A stretch of 64,000 nt of DNA from Octopus sinensis (GCF_006345805.1 NC_042998.1:30504001-30568000), one strand, 5' to 3'. Positions 13,012-25,811 are shown, counted from the stretch's first letter. Made by a program: numbers and translations. The notes: generated by a model not told the origin, from the sequence alone.

Positions 13012-13230
13012 AAGGCGGCGAGCGAGCAGAATTTTTAAACCGCCGGACAAAATGCTTAGCGACATTTCGTCCGCCTTTACATTCTAAGTTCAAATTTCGC
13101 CGAGGTTGACTTCGCCTTTCGTCATTTCGGGGTCGATAAAATAAGTACTAGTTGATTATTGTGGTCGATGCATTCGACTTAGCCCTTCGCCCGAAATTTC
13201 AGGGCCTTGTGTCTATAGTGGAAAGAATTA
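13012..13230 (+). mobile_element. SINE family A (Meta-domain-like centre)
   Basis: GGCGGCGAGC...GTTCAAATTTCGCCGAGGTTGACTTCGCCTTTCGTCATTTCGGGGTCGATAAAATAAGTAC. Confidence 0.8.
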
Positions 13231-15296
13231 CCTTAATTATACTGTCTTAATGATAATGATATTTAACTCCAACTGCTATTGGATTTCAACGCAAGGCTGG
13301 GACGAATGAAATTAACAAAAGTAGGGAATGTAGATTGGTGGTATACCAGTGGCTTTTCCCTTCTTTCACTTACAGAAAATAGCAGCCAGATCTACCTTAC
13401 GATACACCCTAACTTCTTGAGAAAAGAGCAGGAAAGTTAAATAATGTAACAGCATGTGCCTCCCTACATTTTAATGTCCGAATGCTTTCGATCACAAATT
13501 TGCTCAGTCAGAGATTAATTTGGGCTCAGTAACAATATTAACAGCAAAACCATTAACAACCTTAGTTTGGGTTTCTGTGCTGGTTTTATTGGAACACTTC
13601 CAAAACTTTGCCAACTATGTTCATAAAAATTCTACTACAACAATACAAATTATTCAGGTTTATTAGAATAATGACTCGATGTTAGATATTTGATTTGTTC
13701 ATTTCATAGAAGTTTCGTCTTTTCACGTGCCATCACGTAGATTAGAAAAGTTTTGTAATGTATATCCAGCTTAATTTGGCGTCAATATCATGAGAGCTAT
13801 TTTGATCTTCGAAAAATCAATTTCTTTGGTGTGATATTACAAAAAGAGAAATATCTACTCAAGACCCACTATAAGAATTGCATAAAAGGTGAAAGGAAAA
13901 CGATCATAAAGATCTTCAACCAAATGTTAGAACGATGCATAATTGCATTTTAATTTGATCAAAACTTTGAACTTTACGTTTGAACTGACAAGAAGTAACA
14001 TAGTGATTATTCAAGTTGTATCTTTGAACGCTCTTTCCGGTCCTTTGAACGTTCATTTGATTATCAGGTGGAACTTAATGAATAGTTTTCCTCCCACACA
14101 CATACACTAACATTCCAACTGTAGTGATCAGTTCAATATTCGAATATGTAACCGCCGCTCATTTTGGGGATTGAATATTATATTATAAAAAGAAAAATTT
14201 AGTGAGGAGATGCAGTTAAGTATGCACACGTATATTTCTCCATAAGTATGCAAGCTTTACATGGATTTAAATTTTCATAACTGAGCAATTTTTTTCAGCT
14301 TAAATGAAAATCAAGTTGTTCTTTACTAAAACTGAATAAATATCGAAGTTTAAAATACCAACCAATGACATGCATCGCACATAAGATATGCATTTGATAA
14401 GTAACCCCCGAAACTGATTTTGAATCAAAATACTTCAACTACTGTAAACGGAAACTATACAATAGCTGTGTTATAATGAAAGAGCCCTATGGGATGAATC
14501 TTAGGGTGAAAACCTCGTCAAAAATTATTAGCTACAAAAACGTGGTGTCGTTTTAAGTGACGAAAAAATGGCGGTTATTTTAACAAATATAAATATTTTT
14601 ATCATTTCAATATATTTAATGTTACAAAGAAAACGGTATCTGTTGTCATAGATCACTTAACTTAATGGTAGAGAGCGGTTAACTGGAGTTTGTGAGGTGC
14701 GGGGCTCAGCATAGAACAGCCTTAGCGATTACAGGGAACATGTTACTCATCTAGATTTTCTCTCCAGGATTGGTCTCTACAAAAATTTAAAGATGATACA
14801 CAAGAGAAACTCACCAACTGGTGATTGTTACAAGAAACTTTAGATCAATGAGATTATAGACAGATAATGTTTACCATGTGAGGAAAATATGCATTTCATT
14901 TGTATACTTAATGAACTTTAAACGCTAAATAAATGCTAACACGGAGCTCTCTCCAAGTATCATTATATAATCCTCCTGCATTATACAACAGCAACAAGTA
15001 GGTTAGTTCACTTCACTTGTTAAGATGTACAAAAGTATTTGAAAAGAAAATCCCAGAACATGAAGGGAATAAACAACACCAAAGTCTGACATAGAATACC
15101 AAAGAGTTGCATAAGATCTTCCATTTAGGATTACTTCTCGTCAATCTAAGTGCAAGAAATGCCATCCGAGTAACAACATGCAACGAATATATCAGCTGAA
15201 AAATGTTGGTTACGCAAAACCAAAACAGGCAGGTACGCGTGGGTTAGTTTACATTTCACAATTTTCACTGTCAGTTTGTTACGTTTTCTCCCTTCC

Positions 15297-15297
<1 letters not shown>

Positions 15298-15374
<77 letters not shown>

Positions 15375-15531
15375 CTTAGTCTCTCTTTCTCTTTCTACTC
15401 CCCCTCGCTCTCTCTATCTTTCTCTTTCTACTCCCCTCTCTCTCTCGTTCTCTATCTTTCTCTGTGTCACATTTTTCTCTCTCTTCGATTTACAATCCTA
15501 TCGTTTGGCGTCCCTTTCGAGTATTATTTAT

Positions 15532-15618
<87 letters not shown>
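15298..15618. repeat. (CT)n, (CA)n and (TA)n microsatellites
   Basis: Direct inspection. Confidence 0.95.
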
Positions 15619-15620
<2 letters not shown>

Positions 15621-16261
15621 CAAATTAGTGATTAGAAACATACATATACATTTATAAACACACGTTTACATATAGAAATGTATAAATTATATATTTAAAA
15701 AATGGTTTACTATGGACTTCCAGTAGCGCATGTGCAATGATATACAGTGACAGGCTAAAGTACGATGATCCATACATACACATATATACCTCACCGACCT
15801 CGTTTCTTCATAACATTCAGAAAAATTGAAATTTTTTTAATGAAAATTTTCAACAAATATGCTTCAGATGGTGTAGGTTCTGATTATATTAGAATCTATT
15901 TTAAAGTAAATTTTTCCAAAAGAAATGCAATGTGTGTCAGTGTGTAGGTATGCTATCCCCGCCGCAAATTTATACTTTCATATTAAAATATGATACAATC
16001 ATATTCTACACACTCCGATAGGTTTTTCTCGAATATTTTTCCATTTCAAAACACCTATTTTTCAGAAGGGTTTGAGGACTTGAATGAATTTTCTGAAACT
16101 CCTCTCCCTACCACCACAAAACATTTCGTTTTTCACAACGAATTCAGACTTAATCAAAAGCTACTCCATCTGAAGCATATTTGTAGAAAACTATATAACA
16201 AATATCCATTTTGCTGGAAGCTATGATGAAACAAATTTGGTGGCTCACAATTGTGCATGTA

Positions 16262-16936
16262 TGCCCATCCGTATACCACAAGCCGATCTTCACTGGACGA
16301 TAACTTAACTTCAAATCCCACCATCCATACAGTATAAAGAGAGGAATTGCTCAATGCCTAAAACATCGAGCAAAGGATATAAGTAGCGTTCGTGATGCAC
16401 ACCACGAAGAAATGATCAAGCTCAGTAACAATTTATTAAGCATCAACTTGCCCCAAAACATACTTTCTACTCCAATTATGAAGAAAAAAGATGATGCAAT
16501 CAATGAACTGACCACAGTCTGTCTACCCTATATAAAAAGCCTCTTTGAAAAAATACAAAAGATATGCGGCCCATATGACATCAGGACAGTATTCAAGAGT
16601 AATACTACAATTCGCATATATCTCCTTCGAGTAAAACCACCAATAGAAGAGAACATGTCCACAAATTGCGTGCACTCCATCCCATGCATCGCAAAGCTGT
16701 GACACGAGGAGATATTGATAAATCGTGTATAGCTGATAGTGTAGGGAAAGATGAGCCCCCCCCCCCCGTGGGATGAAGTTAAAATAATAGACAGAGAACA
16801 TCACTGGAAAATACGAAAACTAAAAGAAGCAGCACATATGTTAGGACACAACAAACTTCCTGAACAGACCGAGAGCAGATATGAATAGCATATGGGAACC
16901 GCTATTAAAAAAGGATAGGAAAATATTAAATGTATA
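16262..16936 (+). pseudogene. Penelope-like element 3' ORF remnant (RT thumb, linker, partly deleted GIY-YIG)
   Basis: VYHKPIFTGR*LNFKSHHPYSIKRGIAQCLKHRA; CLPYIKSLFEKIQKICGPYDIRTVFKS; NCVHSIPC; WDEVKIIDREHHWKIRKLKEAAHMLGH. Confidence 0.9.
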
Positions 16937-16974
16937 AGATCTACAATTCACTCCATAATTACCCTCAGATATAT

Positions 16975-17236
16975 GGTGTTGTGATTAAGAGCGCGGGCTA
17001 TTAACCCCAAGATTCCGAGTTGGATTCCAGGCAGTGGTCTGAATAATCATACTAATAACAACAACAACATCGAAAGGTACCTTAGGAATGAGAACCCAGG
17101 TTTGAAATTCCCCCAAGGCACTTGATGAAGGCTGGAGGGTGTATCAACCGAAACGTTTTGTTAACAACAAAAAGATGGCATATCCGTCAAATGTAAATAA
17201 TGTACATAATTCCTCATCTCTTAAATATAGAACTGT
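16975..17236 (+). mobile_element. tRNA-headed, hammerhead-tailed unit abutting the PLE ORF (copy 1, hammerhead decayed)
   Basis: A/B-box-like GTGATTAAGAGCGC...GAGTTGGATTCC, an AAT/AAC repeat, then CAC TTGATGA A GGCTG...CAACC GAAAC GTT (17119-17157). Ends AAATATAGAACTGT. Confidence 0.8.
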
Positions 17237-17339
17237 ATTTTAACATAATTAATTCTAAGATAACATTGCTATTGTATATCTGCATACCAGCTTGCTTTGA
17301 TTCACTGTCATTTTGTATGTAACGATATTTAATTATATT

Positions 17340-17753
17340 AAGGCGGCGAGCTGGTAGAAACGTTAGCACGCCGGGCGAGATGCGTAGCCATATTTCGTCT
17401 GCCGCTACGTTCTGAATTCAAATTCCATGTAGGTCGACTTTGCCTTTCATCCTTTCGGGTCGATTAAATAAGTACCAGTTACGCACTGGGGTCGATATAA
17501 TCGTCTTAATCCGTTTGTCTGTCCTTGTTTATCCTCTCTGTGTTCAGCCCCTTGTGGGTAGTAAAGAAATAGGTATTTCGTCTGTCGTTACGTTCTGAGT
17601 TCAAATTCCGCCGGGGTTGACTTTGCCTTTCATCCTTTCGAGGTCGATAAATAAAGTACCAGTTCGCACTGGTGTCGATGTAATCGACTTAATCCCTTTG
17701 TCTATCCTTGTTTGTCCCCTCTATGTTTAGTCCCTTGTGGGCAATAAAGAAAT
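17340..17753 (+). mobile_element. SINE family A, dimeric form
   Basis: Head plus two ~180-bp tandem units, each starting ..TATTTCGTCTG and ending GTAAAGAAATAG / AATAAAGAAATAG. Confidence 0.9.
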
Positions 17754-18029
17754 AGATGTTTAATTATATTTTCTATATAAGCAAAGAATACCCTGCTTTC
17801 TTTTGGCTTGTATCAAATGGGTTACAATAACGTGAATGAGAGTATAGGAGCTTCATACATTGCATGACTTGTCAGCATTCGTCCGACATACATGCCATAT
17901 GTATGCTCACGCATGTACACTATAAGAATATACGATACAATTATATCGAAGCGATGTATCTTAAGGATGGTGTGTCGGATATATATATATATATGTGTGT
18001 GTGTGTATATATATATATTATCTATGCGC

Positions 18030-18296
18030 CCATTTAATGGGCCCGGTTTCCCGGTTCTTGTGGCGTATGTGCCCCCCCCGCAAGCTTGACGGGACGCCAG
18101 TCCATCACAATGTTACTTGAGGAACAGGAAGAGAGAGGGAGAGAAAGTTGTGGTGAAAGAGTACAACGGGGGTCACCCACCCCCTGCTGGAGCCTCGTGG
18201 AGCTTTAGATGTTTTCGGTCAATAAATACACACAACACCGGTTCTGGGAGTCGAAACCACGATCCTCCGAACGCGACTCCGCTGCCCTAACCACTC

Positions 18297-18297
<1 letters not shown>
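18030..18297 (-). mobile_element. SINE family D-related copy
   Basis: Shares head and GAGAGAAAGTTGTGGTGAAAGAGTACA block with 343-725, and the 3' region with 7748-8057. Confidence 0.8.
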
Positions 18298-18339
<42 letters not shown>

Positions 18340-18480
18340 CATCTCTGAGCGAGTCATAAACAGTAGCAGCTCGACATCGTGAAGTGCATTTGCCATCTAA
18401 ATGTGGCTAAACCTTAAGGGTCGATGCTACTATAGCTTGTGGCCCCAGGAAGATATCCCATTCATCTGGCTATTGACACA

Positions 18481-19390
18481 TTATCTGTGCCCTATCAGTA
18501 CTTGCGAATGGAAGTCATCATTCCTATCTCCAGCCTGACGTGATACACACAGTTCTGAAATGTTTGGACATTGCACGAGTGCGTGCAGAATGGTTTGGTC
18601 GCTCTGACCACCCCTCGAACAAGTCGGTACGCTGTTTCTTGAACCGTGCCTGCAGAGCTTAACCTGAACGGGCAACGCTTCCCAGTGGCTCTGCCAGGCC
18701 AGGGATATCTGGAAATTGTCCATAGGACACTGCCCGAATGTGCTCCTGAAATGGCGGGCCAGGTATTACTCGCCGACGCCCGGGGTCCCCCTCAAGGACG
18801 TCGCGGCACCCCCTCCACTAACCCTCTATGGAACGCCTTCGTGGAATTGAAGTCGCACAAGTTTGATCCCGGTCGGCAGAGTTGCTCGAGAGCATGGTGA
18901 CATTCGCGGTGCGATTCGCCCAGCATCGGCCTCTGTTTGATCCACGATTGCAGTTCAGTCAAAGAGACGAGCTGCGGGAAACCGCGTCTCACAAACGGCG
19001 ATCATACCTATTTCTTTACTACCCACAAGGGGCTAAACACAGAAGGGACAAACAAACGGATTAAGTCGATTATATCGACCCCAGTGCGTAACTGGTACTT
19101 ATTTAATCGACCCCGAAAGGATGAAAGGCAAAGTCGACCTCGGCGGAATTGAACTTAGAACGTAGCGGCAGACGAAATACCACTAAGCATTTTGCCGGGC
19201 GTGCCAGCAGTTTCAGCGTGTCTGCGCATCATTAACCACAGCATGACCAGCCCTCAATTTTGCGGATGTTGGCAGCAAATAGATCGCCTGAGCATCGGAA
19301 TGTCTCCCTTCCACAAAAAGCAGAAGAGTATGCATTCCAGGTCTGTGACAGTCGGGTCTGGACGACAGTCAGAGAGTAGTAGATGTCTAC
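18481..19390 (-). pseudogene. Tx1/L1-clade LINE ORF2 C-terminal fragment, interrupted by a SINE
   Basis: IYYSLTVV..PDPTVTDLECILFCFLWKG.IPMLRRSICCQHPQN; ISLAWQ..WEALPVQVKLCRHG..PTCSRGGQSDQTILHALVQCP (zinc-knuckle-like). Confidence 0.8.
18992..19212 (-). mobile_element. SINE family A
   Basis: Reverse complement of the family A body. Confidence 0.85.
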
Positions 19391-19471
19391 CAACTAATAA
19401 TCCTCCGACAGTGGAAAAATCATATTTGGGAACCTTATTCAAGAAAACAGTCATCAACGTAAACTTTCTCT

Positions 19472-19750
19472 ACAGTTCCGTATTTAAGAGATGAGGAATT
19501 ATTTACATTATTTACATTTGACGAATATTTGTCCTCATCTTGTTTGTTGTTAACACAACGTTTCGGCTGATATACCCTCCAACTTTTATCGGGTAACTTG
19601 GGGAAATTTCGAACCTGGGTTCTCATTCCTAAGGTATTTTTCGATGTTATTATTATCATCATCATCATTATTATTATTATTCAGGTCACTTCCTGGAATC
19701 CAACTCGGCATCTTTGGGTTAGTAGACCGCGCTCTTAACCACTATGCTAT
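19472..19750 (-). mobile_element. tRNA-headed hammerhead unit (copy 2, core decayed)
   Basis: Minus: TAGCATAGTGGTTAAGAGCGCGGTCTACTAACCC...GAGTTGGATTCC...CCGATAAAAGTTGGAGGGTATATCAGCCGAAACGTTGTGTT. Confidence 0.85.
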
Positions 19751-19751
19751 A

Positions 19752-19998
19752 TGGCCGTGGCGTAGTGGTTCAGATTTCGAGTTCAATTCCAGGCAGTGAT
19801 CTGAATAATAGCAATAATAATAACATCGAAAAATACCTTAGAAGTGAGAACTCAGTTTCGAAATTTCCCCAAAACACCTGATGAAGGCTGGAAGGTATAT
19901 CAGCCGAAATGTTGTGTTAACAACAAACAAGATGAAGACAAATATCCGTCAAATGTAAATAAGGTAAATAGTTCCTCATCTCTTAAATATAGAACTGT
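19752..19998 (+). mobile_element. tRNA-headed hammerhead unit (copy 3, head internally deleted)
   Basis: GGCGTAGTGGTT...GAGTTCAATTCC, then the same body and 3' end as copies 1 and 2. Confidence 0.85.
19873..19918 (+). ncRNA. Minimal type I hammerhead ribozyme
   Basis: AACAC CTGATGA A GGCTG gaaggtatat CAGCC GAAAT GTT GTGTT. Stem I 5 bp, stem II 5 bp, loop-less stem III (C15.2 to U here; the other copies have GAAAC). Confidence 0.8.
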
Positions 19999-20185
19999 AG
20001 AGAAAGTTTACGTTGATGACTGTTTTCTTGAATGAGGTTCCCAAATATGATTTTTCCACTGTCGAAGGATTATTAGTTGGTAGACATCTACTACTCTGAC
20101 TTCCGTCCCGTGTCATTTCTTTGTTTTCCAGATAGATAGACAGACAGACAGACTGACAGATAGTTGAAATAGATAGATAGATTAA

Positions 20186-20238
<53 letters not shown>

Positions 20239-20246
20239 ATGGAGAG

Positions 20247-20369
<123 letters not shown>

Positions 20370-20859
20370 TACTCTAAATCTGATGGAGAAAATCAAGAAT
20401 TATTTCGGTAATAATTCAATATTACAGCTTTGTCACAATGCAAATTCACTTATTGTATTTATCTTGTTTTGGTTATAAACGTTTATGAATAAATCTTGTA
20501 TCTTAAGCGTAAAATCTATAAATAAACCCTTTTCATATATTCAGTCAAATTAATTATTTTCTGAAATTTTCCGTTCAATAAAAACTTTGCTTCAGATCAC
20601 CATTTTAGTTTTCAAATTACATAAAGTAAATTTCATAAAGATGTAATATAAACATACTTTGACGTATTACTAGTTTCCCTGCCATCGAACCGCTTATTTT
20701 AAATAATTTGTGTGTGATATATGAAAAAATACAGTTTATTTCCAATATCTAGTTAGGACTTCAGGAAGATAAGTTATGTGTTTGGACAGTTTTCGTTTGC
20801 GGCACAGGCATACTTATTAAATAAGCAAACACATAAATATTTTAATATTTCTTTTAAAG

Positions 20860-21075
20860 AAGGCAGCGAGCTGGCCAAATTATTTGCACACTCGGCAAAT
20901 TGCTTAGCAGTATTTCGTCTGTCTTACGTTCTGAGCTCAAATTCCGTCAAGGTTGACTTTGCCTTTCATTCTTATGGAGTCGATAAAGTAAGTACTGTTT
21001 CAGCTGTGGGGTCGATGCAATCGACTTATTTTCTCCTCCGAAATTGCTGATCTTGCGCCAAAATTTGAAATCAAT
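20860..21075 (+). mobile_element. SINE family A
   Basis: GGCAGCGAGCTGG...CTCAAATTCCGTCAAGGTTGACTTTGCCTTTCAT. Confidence 0.8.
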
Positions 21076-21414
21076 AAGGAAGGACCCTTAGATATATCGA
21101 TACTAAGCTTGTGATAGAGCTAAATATACATGCGCTTCGAGTACAGAGCTTAATACGAGATTAAACAAATGAGAAGGGAACAAAACATTATTCAATGAAT
21201 TTCATTTGCCTACATCTGTTTCTAGTATACGTGAAATACAGTACTCTCAGATCTGATTGCTTGTAAGATAAATAAATAAAAAATTACCACTATCTGTGAT
21301 CCGCACATACTGTATGACACACTACAGTCTTTAATGAACAATGGTGTTCCTGGATTTTAATCGAAAATTAGAAAAAATTACAAATTAAATGTGTTTGCCT
21401 TTATTATGTAAGCG

Positions 21415-21451
<37 letters not shown>

Positions 21452-21891
21452 GTCTGTGTGTGCGCCCGCGGATTCAGGTTAGATAAAACTAGATAAAATA
21501 TTTAGTTCATGGTATATCAGATTTCCTCCCTTGCTTCGGTCATTTGACTGCAGCTCCGAATGGTTTTAGTTGAATCGTACCCAGGGATTAACTTCTGACC
21601 TTCCTTACTTATTCCGTCCGTCCCTTGTGCAGACGCGCTGAGGGATGGACAGACAAATAAATCCTCAACAGGCTGTCAAGCAGCAGTGGGAGACGAGCAC
21701 AAATACATGCACACGCACGCACACACCACACACACACACTCATTTATATATACACCACACACACACATATATATATATATATATACATACAATAAAGGGC
21801 TCCTAAATTAAGATGCCGAGTGCTGGGAACACAAAAAGGGGATGAATTTATCGAGAGTGAAAATCAAAAACGTTTACCGATAACTTTTACA

Positions 21892-21965
21892 ACTCGAACC
21901 GCGGTTTCTGCTTCTTTCTAGCAAAACACAGAATATGTTTGCTAAGGCTAGCTTCGTCAGCGAGT
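21892..21965 (-). ncRNA. Type I hammerhead ribozyme, complete core
   Basis: Minus: ACTCG CTGACGA A GCT..TAGCAAA..TTTGCTA..AGC A GAA ACCGCGGT T CGAGT. Stem I 5 bp, palindromic stem III, GUU triplet. Confidence 0.85.
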
Positions 21966-22167
21966 CGCCTAAATTTAATCAAGGTCTGCAGCGATGTGGG
22001 ACCATGTGTTGATACCGACTACTAGCAGATCTTAACTTTTCAAATCTCTGCGCAGACGCAAAAACTTACACGGCAGTTTAGGGCATGCCGGGAAGAATTT
22101 TACGAATAAATCCATCATGTAATATGCGAATTGTATATATATACATACATATACGTACATACACACA

Positions 22168-22550
22168 TTATTTTATTCTTTTACTTGTTTCAATCATTTG
22201 ACTGTGGCCATGCTGGAGCACTGCCTTTAGTCGAACAAATCGACCCTAGGACTTCTTCTTTGTAACCCTAGTACATATTATATCGGTAGCTTTAATCAAA
22301 CCGCTAAGTTAGAAGGACGTAAACATACCGACATCGGTTGTCAAGCGATGGTGGAAGGACAAACAGAGTCACACAAATACATATACATACATACATATAT
22401 ACGACGGGCTTCTTTCAGTTACCGTCTACCAAATCCACTCACAAGGCTGTGATCGGCCTGTGGTTATAATAGAAGACACTTGCCCAAGGTGACACACAAT
22501 CGGACTGAACCCAGAACCATTTGGTTGGGAAGCAATCTTCTTACCATACA
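22168..22550 (-). mobile_element. SINE family B
   Basis: Reverse complement of 22776-23191. Confidence 0.85.
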
Positions 22551-22560
22551 CCTACACACA

Positions 22561-22594
<34 letters not shown>

Positions 22595-22775
22595 GTGGCC
22601 CTCTTTCAATTTCCGCCTCCCAAATCCACTCATAAGATGTTGGTGGTTTCCAAGGTATGATTAAAAACAATTGCCGAACGTGCCCAAGAGTTCGACTGTA
22701 CCTAAAGCCATGTGGTTGAAAAACAAGCTTCCTAACAAACACCTATGACTAAACTATAAATAAAATAAAATATAT

Positions 22776-23191
22776 AGTCGCAGGAGTGGCTGTGTGGTAA
22801 GTAGCTTCTTTACCAACCACATGGTTCCGGGTTCAGTCCCACTGCGTGGCACCTTGGGCAAGTGTCTTCTACTATGGCCTCGGGCCGACCAAAGCCTTGT
22901 GAGTGGATTTGGTAGATGGAAACTGAAAGAAGCCCGTCGTATATATGTATATATATATATATATGTGTGTGTATGTGTGTGTGTTTGTATGTCTGTGTTT
23001 GTCCCCTTAGCAGTGCTTGACAGCCGATGCTGGTGTGTTTACGTCCCCGTCACTTAGCGGTTGGGCAAAAGAGACCGATAGAATAAGTACTGGGCTTACA
23101 AAAATAAGTCCCGGGGTCGATTTGCTCGACTAAAGGCGGTGCTCCAGCATGGCCGCAGTCAAATGACTGAAACAAGTAAAAGAGTAAAAGA
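22776..23191 (+). mobile_element. SINE family B, near-intact copy
   Basis: GCAGGAGTGGCTGTGTGGTAAG (A box)...GGGTTCAGTCCC (B box), CCTTGGGCAAGTG, internal TA/TG microsatellite, (GAGTAAAA) tail. Confidence 0.9.
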
Positions 23192-25487
23192 GAGAGAGAG
23201 TATATATTTAACCGCAATTATTGTTGCACTCTAAGAGCAAAGAATCGACGTAAATTTAGGAACTTTGAATGTTAAGAACTCTCGTGGTGTAATTACTCAA
23301 TGTGACTTCACCTTTGCAAGTGCAAATATTTATATCATCTCCATGTAGTCAAATAATATACGGTAGTTCGTTTGTGTCTGTATGTATGCATGTTTATACG
23401 TATATGTATATTCAGAGGTTTTAATGATATGTTTATCATATAAAGCTTTCATCATTTTCTTCTCTTTTTTTTTTTTTTTTTGTTCAAAGATAAACCGATT
23501 TACTTTCCCATTTATTCTGATTCTCATCTCAGCGAATACAACATGCAAATACATATCATTAATGGACAATCCATTAATAGATGTCTCTTAAAACCAGATA
23601 TGGATATCACAAATGGTATTATAATACAAATGGTTTTAGATGCGAAAATCGAATAAAATGCCAGACAAAATTCTTATAAACACCATTTATTTCCGAACTA
23701 AGCAAACCGAAATACTGCCAGTGCCGAATTTTGATTTTCATCCGTAATGGTTCCATAAAATAAATAGCAGTAATATACTACGTTGATTCAATCAATTACA
23801 CACCTATTAATTTTGTCGTTAATTAAAGGAAATCGATATAAAAATTGTTATTTATTCAGCCATCACTTGTTATCTGATATTTATTAGCATTTGTCTTCCT
23901 AATTATTCTATCCGTCCCATCTCTCTCTGAATTTTTTTATCTTTCTTCCATTTGCTTTATTTCTTCCTCTTCCTCCTTCCCTCTAGCTCTCTCCTTCGTT
24001 CTCTTCCCCGTCTTTCCCCCCCCCTCTCTCTCTCTTTCCTTCGTTACGCCCCTCTCTCTCTTTCCTTCTCTTCCAAATCTTATACATGGCAGCAATCCTA
24101 TTCGAACTTTTGTCTAATTATCTTTTGTTAGGTAAAGATTGGGTGCAAATAATTATCCCGCTACAAGTATTTCCAATTAGTTACATTTGATTTAAGCCGT
24201 AATTACACAGATTTCGATTGCAAAGAGCTCGGCAGCCACGACTTAACAACTAATTTATATATTATGCCTGCTTCCAGATATTGAGATAACTTTCTACATG
24301 GTTACACATATTCCGCAAACTTAATTGAACTGGTTTTAATTATATTGGTAAATAAAAATAGGGTTGGGTCAATGTATTTGAGGAACTGAATTCAGTGCAA
24401 AAAGAAGATTGAACGGCGTATAACTTAGCAAAAATTAATACTTGGAAGATTCTGATGTTTGTGGAAGTATCATTTCTCGAAACATTTTCGAGAATTATTT
24501 CTTTGTCTAAGCAAAAACAGCAACCATTATGTTGAAGTTCAAGAAACCGTCAGCAAATCTACATCCTCGTGCCTACGTGTGCGTGCGTTCGTGCGTGCGA
24601 GCGTGTGTTTCGGGTGATATATGTGCTTAAATATGTGTATACGAATCGTGTATATAGGCGTGTGTTCTTGTATGGGTGCACGTTTGACTCTGTAGTGGGT
24701 ATAGAATTCCAGTAAACCTCTTTGCTAAATGAGACTATTTCCAATTTCTATTCAAAGCTGTATCCATTTCATTTTCCTTACAGTTAATTTTTTCCTTCTT
24801 AAATATCGATGTCCCTTTTTTTTTGTATATATATATCCTTTTGAGGATTTATTATATATATATATATATATATATTTGTAAAAAATGAAGTTCAAAATGC
24901 TGCTGTATTATACAATTTTTAATTTTTATATATATACATTATAACATGTTTCAGTTCCTGAAATGAACTTTATCAAAAAAAGTTATATATAAAAAAAGAC
25001 AGCTCATGCCGTCAAACACAAGAAATTCATTTATAATACACAACGGAGTCAGACATCTTAGAGTTCATGTATAGTTGATATATAGTTCATGTATAGTTGA
25101 TATATAGTTTGAAGTATATGTTCAAAGTGTTCGATGCAGTGGCCCACGGTGGCGATACGTATTCAATACAAAAAACAGATCAAAGTGGTGGAAAGCGGTC
25201 AATACAGAAGATTGATGTTTCCGAAAGAGCGAGGAATTCATTTTTACCTTAAGTAAATGTGATGACCCATGGTGGATGTTCGCTACATACATATATATAT
25301 ATACATAAATATATATATGTATGTATATTGTATATATCATAGATAAATAGATAGACTCGTATGAATATATATATGAACCTATATAGACATGTAGGTATGT
25401 ATGTACGTACGTACATATATATGTATGATTAAGTGGTTGTTACCTGAAATAATTCAATATATTTATATAAAGGTCCGTCGTACTTAA

Positions 25488-25488
25488 T

Positions 25489-25562
<74 letters not shown>

Positions 25563-25758
25563 ATATATATACATATGTGTGTATGAATATATATATATAT
25601 ATGTGTGTGTATGTGTATATATATATGTGTGTGTATGTATATATATATGTGTATGTATATATATATATGTGTGTGTGTATATATATATATATGTGTATGT
25701 ATATATATGTGTGTGTGTGTAATATATATATATATATATGTGTGTGTGTGTATGTGTG

Positions 25759-25810
<52 letters not shown>

Positions 25811-25811
25811 A

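Noticed and set aside
14768-14822. Acceptor-like TTTTCTCTCCAG followed by a short open frame
   Set aside because: Weak donor, no recognisable peptide, expected by chance.
23254-23285. NLGTLNV, resembling a LINE APE endonuclease N-terminus
   Set aside because: Too short, with no supporting downstream motifs.
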